In this document: positions 1-10,569 of the stretch, one piece after another
Position numbering within the stretch: position 1 is the first letter of the stretch
Layout: every line of letters starts with the position of its first letter
Assembly: GCF_963921235.1 (NCBI RefSeq)
Contig: NC_086097.1
Span: forward strand, 153,080,001 to 153,144,000
Reading direction: 5' to 3'
Source of the DNA: Mobula hypostoma
Lineage: Eukaryota
Length of the DNA stretch: 64,000 nucleotides
Position numbers and translations under genes: made by a program
The notes under the pieces: generated by a model
Databases searched by the model: none
Told to the model about the DNA's origin: nothing
The model's input: the letters and a program-made list of their open reading frames with translations, nothing else

Positions 1-1640
1 GCTAGGGCATTTTGAGGCTGAGTCTCTTAAAGGGTATTAAGGTGGATGTCCCCAAAAGCTAATTGGATATACCCCAGTTTATCGAGAGAAGCAGGAGAAT
101 AAATCGCTAAGGACTTGACGTTTTCTCTAGCCAAAGGCAAGGTCCCAGAGGACTGGCAGGTAGCTAATGTTGTTCCATTATTCAAGAAGGGAACCAGGAA
201 TAATCCTGGAAACTATAGATCCACGATTCTCATATCAATGGTAAGGAAGTTACTGGAGAGTGTTCATGGTGATAGGATTTATGAGCATTTGGAAAACCAT
301 GACCTAATTAGAGAGCAACACACACAAAATGCTGGAGGAACTTGGCAGGGCAGGCAGCATCGATGGAAAAGAGTACAGTTGACGTTTAAGGCTGAGATCC
401 TTCAGCAGGACCTGTAGATCTGCCTGGCCTGCTGATTTTCTCCAGCATTTTGTGTATGTTGCTTGCGTTTCCAACATCTGCTGCTTTTCTCCTGTTTGTG
501 CCTAATTAGGGAGAGCCAGCATGCATTTGTGCAGGACAAGTCATGTCTTATTAACTTGATTGAGTTTTTTGACGGGCTGTCAAAGGTGATTGATGAAGGC
601 AGAGGTGCGGATGTTGTATACATAGACATTAGTGAGGCATTTGACAAGGCCCCTCATAGGTGGCTCATGCGAAAGATTCTGATGAATGGGATCCATGGTC
701 AATTAGCTATTTGGTTTCAGAACATGCTTCCCCTTAGAAGAAAGAGAGTAGTGGTTGAAGGCACTTAATCTTGCTGGAGGTTTGTGCTTAGTGGTGTTCT
801 GCAGGGATCTGTATTGGGACCTCTGCAGTTTGTGATGCATATAAATGATGTGGATGAAAATGTAGACGGCTGGGTTAGTAAGTTTGCGGATGATACAAAG
901 ATTGGTGGTGTTGTAGACAGCGGAGAAAGCTGGTAAAAAGTACAACAGCATACAGATCAGTTGCAGATGTGGATAGATGAAGTTTAACCTGGCCAAATAT
1001 GAAGTGTTGCACCTTGGTAGATCAAATGTAATGAGACAGTACACTTCTAAGGGTAAGATCCTTAATAGTGTTGATGAGCAGAGGGATCTTGGGGTCTAAG
1101 TTTATAGATGCCTGAGAGTGACTACACAGGTTGTTAGGGTGGTTAAAAAGGCATATGACATGCTTGAGACATTGTGTCAAAAGTCAGGAAATTATTTTGC
1201 TATTTTATAAAACTCTGTTAGGCTGCATCTGGAGTATTGCACACACAGGGTGCAGAAGGGGTTTACCAGAATGCTACCTGGATTAGGGGGCAAGTTTGAG
1301 TTTGGAAAAACTTGGGTTGTCTTTTTCTGGAGTGGCAGAGGCTGAGAGAAGGTCTGATTGAAGGTTGTAAGATTATGAGAGACATAGGTAAAGCAGGCAG
1401 ACAATCTATTTTTCCAAGTGTTGGAATGTTTAATACTGGAGGGCATGGATTTAAGGTGAGAGATAGTAATATCAAAGGAGATGTGAAGGCCCAGTTTTTG
1501 ACAAAGAGAGTGTTGGGTGCCTACAATGTGCTGCTTGTGATGGTGATAGAGTTAGAAACATTAGGGACTTCTAAGAGACATTTAGAGAGACACATAAATG
1601 TGAGGAAAATGGAAAGAAATGGTCATTGCGTAGGCAGAAG
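1..1640 (+). mobile_element. CR1 LINE fragment (degraded ORF2 RT and 3' end)
   Basis: Frameshifted ORF pieces VPEDWQVANVVPLFKKG..NYR, KSCLINLIEFF..VDVVYIDISEAFDK, and the FADD-coding sequence tttgcggatgatacaaag at ~883-900; typical CR1 C-terminal text (GHGFKVR). Confidence 0.9.
312..500. mobile_element. Palindromic Penelope-terminal-repeat mini-element inserted in CR1
   Basis: Inverted arms cacacaaaatgctggagg.. / ..ctccagcattttgtgt; flanked by cctaattag at 303-311 and 501-509. Confidence 0.75.
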
Positions 1641-2723
1641 AGGTTAGCTTAGTTAGCCTTTTGATTACTAATTTAATTGGTTTAGCACAACATTATGGGC
1701 TGAAAGTTGAGTTCCTCTGCTGTACTGTTCTATGTTCTAAGTTCATGTTCAAGTTTAGTTGCCATTCAACCATACACATGTACAATATACAGCTAAATGA
1801 AGCATTGTTCCTCTGGAGCCAATGTGTGAAACACAGCACATACAATCAAACACAACACACAGAACATTTAGTTATGTATGATAGCATATAGTATACAGTC
1901 ACTAAATAATAATTTATGACTGATAGAAGAAAAGGAATATACAATCAACATGGCAAGCAGCAACTGCTGTTATTTGCAAGTCAACAATTCAAAGTTTTAT
2001 ACTCCAGTGAAAGTTGTCTGCAAATCAGATTGAATGTCAAAAGAGAAGATGGTACAAAGCAAAATGGTAAGAGGCTGCTCAAGTAAAGACACAGAAGTTT
2101 CATTTATAGTAGAGATCAGAGGAGTGAGTATAAATCAAAATTGTTTCTGGATTGGGGTCCAGAGATTACAAACTCTCATACGGAAAATGTAGCTCAAATC
2201 CCAACCCAGCATCTGAAAATCAAAATTTATGAAATTAAATTTGAAATTGAGAAGTAATACTAGTAATGATGACCATTACAAAACCTATTTGTTCATTAAT
2301 ACCACTTAGGAAAGTAATTCTGCTGCCTTTACCCGCTGCAGTCTTTATGTGCTCCCGAACCACAGCAACGCACCTGACTGAAATGGCCCAGCAAGTCATG
2401 CTGTTTTTCACAGGCTGTACAACAATGTTGAGTTAATTATTAATACCCACATCCTATGAACAAACACATTCTAAACCTTCTTTACCAAAAGATAATTTGC
2501 TATTCCTTAGATTCCTTAGAGGAGCTATCTGACAGAGAGACTAAACAAGTCTAGCTATTCTTGTGCTTGTTCAAACCAAATGGCAAGGGGCACCTTTTTA
2601 TTCCACCACTCAGCTAAGGTACTTCATGTTGGGATATTGTGTTTGGATGAGTAATGAGTTTATAATATTGCAAAATTTTGCAGTCACAGGAAATTTGACA
2701 TTAAATGGACAATGCTGGAACTA

Positions 2724-4342
2724 CAGTGGCATGGAAAAGTTTGGGCACGCCTGGTCAAAATTTTTGTTACTGTGGATAGCTAAGCGAGTAAAGATGACCT
2801 GATTTCCAAAAGGCATAAAGTTAAAGATGACACATTTCTTTAATATTTTAAGCAAGATTACTTTTTTATTTCCATCTTTGACAGTTTCAAAATAACAAAA
2901 AAAGAAAAGGGCCCAAAACAAAAGTTTGGACACCCTGAACAGTCAGTACTTAGTAACAACCCCTTTGGCAAGTATCACAGCTTGTAAATGCTTTCTGTAG
3001 CCAGCTAAGGGTCTTTTAATTCTTGTTTGGGGGATTTTTCACCCATTCTTCCTTGCAAAAGGCTTCTAGTTCTGTGAGAGTCTTTGGTCGTCTTGCATGC
3101 ACTGCTCTTTTGAGGTCTATCCACAGATTTTTGATAATGTTTAGCTCGGGGGACTGTGAGGGCCACGGCAAAACCTTCAGCTTGCGCCTCTTGAGGAGCC
3201 TGCAATGTGGGTTTTGAAGTGTTTAGGATCAATATCCTGATGTAGAAGCCATCCTCTTTTCATCTTCAGCTTTTTTACAGATAGTATGATGTTTGCTTCC
3301 AGAATTTGCTGGTATTTATTTGAATTCATTCTTCCCTCTACCAGTGAAACGTTCCCCATGCCACTGGCTGCAACACAAGCCCAAAGCATGATGGATCCAC
3401 CCCCGTGCTTAAAAGTTGGAGAGGTGTTCTTTTCATGAAATTCTGCACCCTTTTTTCTCCAAACATACCTTTGCTCATTACGGCCAAAAAGTTCTATTTT
3501 AACTTCATTAGTCCACAGGAATTGTTTCCAAAATGCATCAGGCTTGTTTGGATGTTCCTTTGTAAACTTCTGATGCTGAATTTTGTGGTGAGGATGCAGG
3601 AAAGGTTTTCTTCTGATGACTCTTCCATGAAGGTCATATTTGTGCAGGTGTCACTGCACAGTAGAACAGTGCACCACCGCTCCAGAGTCTGCTAAATCTT
3701 CCTGAAGGTCTTTTGAAGTCAACTGGGGTTTTGATTTGCCTTTCTAGCAATCCTATGAGTAGTTCTCTCGGAACATTTTTTTGGTCTTCCAGACCTCAAC
3801 TTAATCTCCACCATTCCTGTTAACTGTCATTTCTTAATTACATTATGAACTCAGGAAATGGCTACCTAAAAATGCTTTGCTATCTTTTTATAGCCTTCTC
3901 CTGGTTTGTGGGTATCATTTATTTTAATTTTCAGAGTGCTAGGCAGCTGCTTAGAGGAGCCCATGGCTGCTGATTGTTGGGACAAGGTTTGAGGAGTCAG
4001 GGTAATTATAAAGCTTTGAAATTTGCATCACCTGGCCTCTCCTAACAATGACTGTGAACAAGCCATAGCCCTAACAAGCTAATTAAGGTCTGAGACCTTG
4101 GTAAAAGTTATGTGAGAGCTCAAAACTCTTGGGGTGCCCAAACTTTAGCATGGTGCTCCTTTCCTTTTTTCACTGTAAAATTGTAGAAAACAAAAATAAT
4201 ACACTAATCTTGCTTAAAATGTTGAAAAGAATGTTTCATCTTTAAATTTATGACTTTTGGAGATCTGTTCATCTTCTACTCACTTAACTATTCACAGTAA
4301 CAGAAGTTTTGACCAGGGTGCCCAAACTTTTGCATATCACTA
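2724..4342 (-). mobile_element. Full-length Tc1/mariner DNA transposon, IR/DR type, inactive
   Basis: TA|CAGTGGCATGGAAAAGTTTGGGCAC at left and GTGCCCAAACTTTTGCATATCACTA|TA at right; ~210-bp imperfect TIRs, each with an inner direct repeat (aaagtttgg(g/a)cac). Confidence 0.95.
2943..3964 (-). pseudogene. Tc1 transposase pseudogene (stops and frameshifts)
   Basis: MGSSKQLPSTLK..GEGYKKIAK N-terminus; MLWACVAASGMG, WLLHQDIDPKH (QDNDPKH-like) and WPSQSPELNII motifs; ends ..TKY*. Confidence 0.9.
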
Positions 4343-5339
4343 TACATAACATATCAAGCAGCTTTTGTTGAGAGTTTTAAACTTTTTTAGTTTATAAGGT
4401 TTCATCAGAAATGGATTTTGATAAAAGGACGTCATCTTGAAATGTTTCTTTTTCCAGAGTTGCAGTCATTGAAGGCTCTGGTCTTATAGACTGGCAAATA
4501 TTAATTCAAATTCCAGCCCAGTAGTTTGTTGAAATTAATTCCATAAATCTAGCAAAGGTTTCAAAAACAAAGTCCACCATTGCCTTTCCAGAACATTTCT
4601 AAAGAAGTGGTGATCAATACAATTTATGCAGCTTGTCACTGTGTAACTCTCTTTTGGAGAATAAATCAAAGTGAAATCTTACAAAATCAGAGCTATGGTC
4701 TAGACATAGCAGACACTTGCCTGATATGTAGGACTCAGTACCACTTTAGGCAGTAGAAATGGACCCATTGATAAAGGAATGCAATTGTTTTTTTAAAATG
4801 TAAAAAAACTTTATCTTCTTAGGGTCACAATAGCTGTTGAAATTACAGAGTTAAATCATATCGTTCAAGATCAAAAGGGAATTTGAACTTGAATTCAAGG
4901 ACTTAGTTATCAGCAAGTCATCAGAACGGCTATATTATACATTGAAACACATGTTCTTTTGAAGTTAATCAATAATTTATCTGTCTGAGAGGTGGAAGTA
5001 CAAACAGTATTGATAAATCTATGCATAATAGCAAAAAGATCAATTCTGTTTAATTCAAAAAATACCAGCACAACACCTACCCGTGCATCAGCATGAATAA
5101 TGCAACACTGAAAATTTATTATGAACATGCTTATCTTCAGATCCTTTCCTTTTGTTCTGTTGCCACAATGATCCATCTCACATTGATCCCTCAATGATTC
5201 AGAAAATGTAAAAAAACCTGCTCACTTGTTTTTTTGTTGTTGTTGTTGCATATCTAAGTGCTCTGCAGTACGAGTGCCGAGTGTTTTATTAAGTCCTTTT
5301 TTAACTCATCTTCAAGCCAGGCAGCATCTATGAAAAGAA

Positions 5340-5570
5340 CGTAAATACAAGAAATAGGAGCAGGGGTATATCATTCAGCCTCATGTACCTGCTGATCTTT
5401 GCCTCAGCATCACTTCCTTGCACAAACCCCATAACCCTTGATTCCCTTAATATTTAAACATCTATTAATATTAGTCTTGAATACACTGAGAAAATAAGTC
5501 TCCATGGACCTCTTGGGGAATGAATACCAAAAATTCATCCTCTGGGTAAATAAAAACCTTTCTCATCTCA
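5340..5570 (-). mobile_element. CR1 3'-end fragment, degraded
   Basis: agaaataggagcagg..ccataacccttgattccc resembles the 3' ends of the CR1 copies at 40.0 and 55.2 kb. Confidence 0.65.
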
Positions 5571-5599
5571 GACAATCTATACTGGGTCCGACATATTTC

Positions 5600-6700
5600 C
5601 ATAATTGCAAGCAAGGCCCAGCAGCAGCTAGACTTCATTAGGAGTTTAAGGAGATTGTTATGCCGCCAAAGACTCTTGTAAATTTCAACAGACGTACTGT
5701 GGAGAGCATTCTGACTGGCTCAATCTCCATCTGTAATGGAGGTACCAATACATACAGTATGATCGGAAAAAGATGTAGAGGATTGTAGACTTAGCCAGCT
5801 TCATCATGGGCACTAGCCTCTGCACCATCAAGGATATTTACGAAACCAATGCCTCAAGATGGTAGCATCCATAATTAAAGTTCAATGTTCCAAGCTCAAA
5901 GTACAGTTATTATCAAAGTATGTATACTATATACAACCTTACAGGCAGCCACAAAACAAAGAAACACAATAAAAACCATTAAAAATAGAAGACCATCATA
6001 TGCCCGATGTAGAAGTAAGAAAATAATATTTAGAACCAAAGTTCACAAAAATTAGTTCACAACCACGAAGCAAATCACAGCCAATCCAGGAGACCGTTAG
6101 TTGCAGGCCACAGTCTCAGTTCAGTGAAGAGACAAGTAAACCTCGCTGAGCAGCCAGCTGAAGACTGACCCATCCCTCTCCGCTGGCCCCGGCATCCTGA
6201 CCTTTTCCATCTGGCCTGATGCTTTAATTAGCTAAACAGTTGGTCATTTTTCACTCTCAGACCCAGACCCTGCAGCTTCAATACATTCTCAGGTCTGGGC
6301 CCTGCCACCATGATTCGGCCCATACCTGACCCATCCAATCTGGTCTGTCACTTGAATCAGTCAAACCACAGCTTGTTCTGTGCTCTCGGACCAGGCCCCA
6401 CCACCTCAACTCTGCCTCGCCTTGGTTCTGCTGCTTTGAATTGCTTCCTAGTCCACTCCAACAGACAAACATTGGCTCATTCCTTGCCCGCCACCTCGAT
6501 TCAGCCTATACATGCCACTCCACAACCACCTTGCTCATTGTAGACTGCATTTCATACCACAACAATGCAAGGTGATACGACGAGACTCTCACCATCCAGG
6601 ATCAGCCCTCTTCTCATTACTATCTTCAAGGAAAACGGACAGGAGTTTGAAGACATGCACTCAACATTTTAGTAACTGCTTCTTCTTCTCGCCATCAGAT
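5600..6700 (+). mobile_element. Rex1/Babar LINE 3' fragment, split by an insertion at ~5880-6575
   Basis: tgtggagagcattctgactggc (VESILTG) before the insert; resumes with caccatccaggatcagccctcttctc (HHPG.ALFS) at ~6590. Confidence 0.7.
5880..6575 (-). mobile_element. Non-autonomous non-coding retroposon (same family as 52961-53655)
   Basis: caaagtacagttattatcaaagtatgtata..acaggcagccacaaaacaaagaaac is shared with 52961+; (ttgaac)-like tail on the minus strand. Confidence 0.65.
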
Positions 6701-7094
6701 TTCATTCGGGCCTATATTCCATTTGGGTAGCCTCCAACCTGATGGCATAAACATCGATTTCTCCAACTTCTAGTAATGCCCCCTTCACCACTTCCCATTC
6801 CCTATCCCCTTGCCCACCCATTACTTCCCTCTGGTGCTTCTCCCCCCTTTTTCTTTCTTCCATGGCCTTCTGTCTCTTTCACGAATTGACTTCCTAGCTC
6901 TTTGCTTCATCCTTCCCCCTGCAAGTTTCACCTATCACCTGAAGTTTCTTCCTCCCTCCCCACCCCCCCCCACCATTTAAATTTACTCCTCAGCTTTTTT
7001 TCTCCAGTCCTGTTGAAGGTTCTCAGTCTGAAATGTTGACTGAACTTTTTTCCTGGCCTGGCCTGCTGAGTTCCTCCAGCATTTTGTGTGTGTT
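6700..7094 (+). mobile_element. Penelope-like element 3' end with terminal repeat and decayed hammerhead
   Basis: LIF.LGSLQPDGINIDFSNF-like end of ORF, pyrimidine-rich UTR, agtcctgttgaagg..gaaatgttgact at 7006-7041, then ctccagcattttgtgtgtg; reverse-complement similar to 24595-25000. Confidence 0.8.
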
Positions 7095-8566
7095 GGAGGG
7101 ATATGGACATTGTGTAGGTAGGAGGAATTAGTGTTAGCATGTTTTTAATCCTTTTTAGCAGGTTCGGCACAACATTGTGAGCCAAACGATCTGTTCTTGT
7201 ACTGTACAGTTCTAAGTGTTTCTAAGTTCTAAGGAATAAACAGTCAATGTTCTGGGCCAAGACCCTTCATCGGGATGCCAGTCTCCCTTGTTTAATTCAT
7301 AGTTATCAATAGTGAACAGCTGGGATCCTGAAACATCTTATTGATCATAGATTTCCAACAAAAAATATCCCCATTTGTCCGTACACTCTATGTGCTTACC
7401 GTTAGATAATCATTAGTCAACACCAGTCTATAACTATATATATAAATAATCATATATTATCCAGGTATTTTAAGTGTAAGTCAATACTGACAAACATATA
7501 ATAAACAACATGAAAAAATGCACCAGTAGCAAAGCTCTCCGAAGTTTTGCGAGTACTCGTGCAGATAACACACTTGACCACTGTTACACTCCCTTTCGTA
7601 ACGCTTACAAAACTCTCCTTTGCCCAGCTTTTGGAAAATCAGACCACTTTTCGATCCTGCTTCTCCCGACGTACAGGCAGAAGCAGAAACAAGAGGCAGC
7701 CATTGTTAAAATCGTCCACTGTTGGTACGATCAATTGGCCCCCATGCTGAAGGACTGCTTCAATGACATCGACTGGAATGTTTTCCATGATGAGGATGTC
7801 TCCAAGGTCACGATGGAGTCACATGATTCATCCGGAAGTGCATCGACAATGTTATCCCCCAGAAGTCGGTCAGAGTCTTCCTGAACCAGAAACACAGAAT
7901 CAATAGTTCCGTGTGAGCAGGACTTGCAGCGTGACATCGAGCTTACATTGCCGGTAGTCAGCGGGAACTCAAGAAAAGCGGCTACAATCTGCAAAAAGCT
8001 ATCAAGGCTGTGAAACAACAATACAGGGACAAGATCGAATCATGATTCACAACAAATTGCACACGTGACTTGTGGCGAGGGCTGCATACCATCGCAGACT
8101 TCAAAGCCAAACCTTGTGGTGCCGCCAACATCGCGGCATCTCTCCCGGATGAACGCAATCATTTCTATGCTTGGTTCCATGTCGGTAATTCTGAGTCTCT
8201 GAGGAGAGCCACCACTTCAACCTACAACCTCATCATATCTGAGGCTGAGGTATGCAGATGCTTCCAACGAGTGGACAGTCGCAAGGCTGCAGGACTGGAT
8301 GGCATCCCAGCTGACTATTCAGGATGTGCTCAGCACAACTGGCAGGTGTGTTTACTGACATTTTTAATCTTTCCCTCTCCCAGTGTAGAGTGTCCTCCTG
8401 CTTCAAATTATCCACCATTGTCCCTGTACCAAAAAAGACCAAGGTAACATGTCTGAACGACTGGCGTCCTGTCGCACTCACCTCAATAATAAGCAAATGC
8501 TTTGAGAGGCTGGTCAAGGATTACATCTGCAGCTTGTTACCACCCACACTGGACCCCTTACAATTC

Positions 8567-8700
8567 AAACACGAGGAATTCTGCAGATGCTGGAAATTCA
8601 AGCAACACACATCAAAGTTGCTGGTGAACGCAGCAGGCCAGGCAGCATCTCTAGGAGGAGGTACAGTCGACGTTTCAGGCCAAAACCCTTCGTCAGGACT
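8567..8700 (-). mobile_element. Penelope terminal-repeat fragment inserted in Rex1 RT
   Basis: aacacgagg..gctggtgaacgcagcaggccaggcagcatc..gtcgacgtttcaggccaaaacccttcgtcaggact interrupts Rex1 between DPLQF and EKKDAYVRM. Confidence 0.8.
8665..8700 (-). ncRNA. Minimal type I hammerhead ribozyme motif
   Basis: Minus strand AGUC-CUGACGA-AGGGUUUUGGCCU-GAAACGUC-GACU: stem I AGUC/GACU, core CUGANGA and GAAA, short stem II, palindromic ACGU in place of helix III, GUC cleavage triplet. Confidence 0.7.
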
Positions 8701-9869
8701 AAGGATGAGAAGAAGGATGCTTATGTAAGAATGATGTTCTTGGACTACAGTTCAGCATTCTACAGCATAATTCCATCCAGGCTCGACAGGAAGCTCAGAG
8801 ACCTTACCTTGTGCAGCTGGATCCTGGACTTCCTGTCAGATTGCAGGGAGGTGGTAAAAATGGGCTCCCTCACCTGGAGCCACTCAAGGCTGTGTACTGA
8901 GTCCCCTCCATTACTCCTTGTATATCCATGACTGTGTCGCCATCCACAGCTCTAATCTGCGAACTAAATTTGCCAATGACACTACTTTGATTGGCCTAAT
9001 CACAAACAATAACAAACTGGCCTACAGGGAAGAAGTCATCTCTCTGACACAGCGGTGTCAAAAGAACAACTTCTCCCTCAAGGTCACAAAAAGAAAGGAG
9101 CTGGTTGTGAATTACAGGAGGAATGGAGATGGCCCTATTGCCATCAAAGGATCTGGGGTTGAGAGGGTAAACAGATTTAAGTTTTTCGGCATCCACATCA
9201 TCGAGGACCTCACGTGGTCTGTACACACCATCTGTATGGTGAAAAAAGCACAACGGTGCCTATTTCACCTCAGACGGTTGAGGAAGTTTGGTATGGGCCC
9301 CCAAATTCTAAGAACTTTCTACAGGGGCGCAATTGAGAGCATCCTGACTGGCTGCATCACTGCCTGGTATGGGAACTGTACTTCCCTTAATCGCAGGACT
9401 CTGCAGAGAGTGGTGCAGACAGCCCAGCGCATCTGTAGTTGTGAACTTCCCACGATTCAGGACATTTACAAAGACAGGTGTAAAAAAAGGGCCGAAGGAT
9501 CACTGGGGACCCAAGTCACCCCAACCACAATCTATTCCAGTTCCTACTATCTGGGAAATGGTACCGCAGCATAAAAGTCAGGACCAACAGGCTCCGATGA
9601 AACTTCTTCCACCGGGCCATCAGACTGATTAACTCACGTTGATTTGAGTGTATTCTATGTTACATTAACTGTTCTAATTATTATAAATTACTATGATTGC
9701 ACAGTACACATTTAGACGGAGATGCTGTGTAAAGATTTTTACTCCTCATGTACGTAAAGGATGTAAGAAACAAAGTCAATTCAAATTCAAATGTACACTA
9801 TGTTTGTTTCCACTTTATCTTGTGAGATTTCTATGTATTTACTGAGAGACTTACTTTTTTGCTTAATGT

Positions 9870-10110
9870 CTCAGAGAAGACTATCAGTAGAAGCATAGGG
9901 AACCATCAGCTACATGAGGAAAAGCTTTTCATGAAACAACTGTTCAGGATTTGGAATGCATTGCCTGATTGACTGATAGATTCAACTGCAGTTTTCCAAA
10001 GGGAATTGGATAAATATCTGAAAGGCTTCAAACTGCAAAGTATGCATGAAATACTGGTGCTTTGATAGAACCGGCACTGGATCATTTCTTCTGTGCTACC
10101 ACGTCCTATG
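9870..10110 (+). mobile_element. Ancient CR1-like 3' end
   Basis: aggatttggaatgcattgcct..aagggaattggataaatat (WNALP..FKxELDxY-like); similar to the inverted copy at 16190-16420. Confidence 0.55.
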
Positions 10111-10569
10111 TCTTTGCAAAAGTAGATATGAGAACTGGGACTGATGGTGTCATTTAGAAATTCACTGAAAAAGTCACTACACTACAGTATACAATTATCA
10201 TTATTAAATGTGCTTAATATTCACTTGAATGGCACCTGAATGGCAAATCCCTTCAGAACATCATACCAGATCAATGAGTCTGCCAGGCAAAACCTCAAAG
10301 CACTCTAATAGATTTATTAAAATATCATTTCATTTCACTTTACTGAACCCGCATTGACACTGCCTAATCAAATTCAAGTTCAAGTCCAATTTCAAGATTA
10401 TTGTCGTGGGCAGACTCCGGGTATAAATGCTATGAAAACCTCATTTTTACTGCAGTAGCACAGTATCTGACAAACATTAATATATAAGCTCTAATATAAA
10501 CTATACAGGTAGAACTAGGGTTTTTCATGTCAGTTCAAGAACGTGAAATTATTGAGGGAGAAGATGTCC

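Larger units (their letters stand above)
7545..9792 (+). mobile_element. Rex1/Babar LINE, 5'-truncated and degraded (end of APE endonuclease plus RT)
   Basis: TLDHCYT..GKSDH (APE), [54 protein letters not shown]; (attcaa)n tail at ~9775-9792. Confidence 0.92.

Noticed and set aside
2008..2066. Possible plus-strand exon (ccag|TGAAAG..AAATG|gtaaga, ESCLQIRLNVKREDGTKQN)
   Set aside because: Short, no recognisable homology, no partner exons, and surroundings may be decayed CR1.
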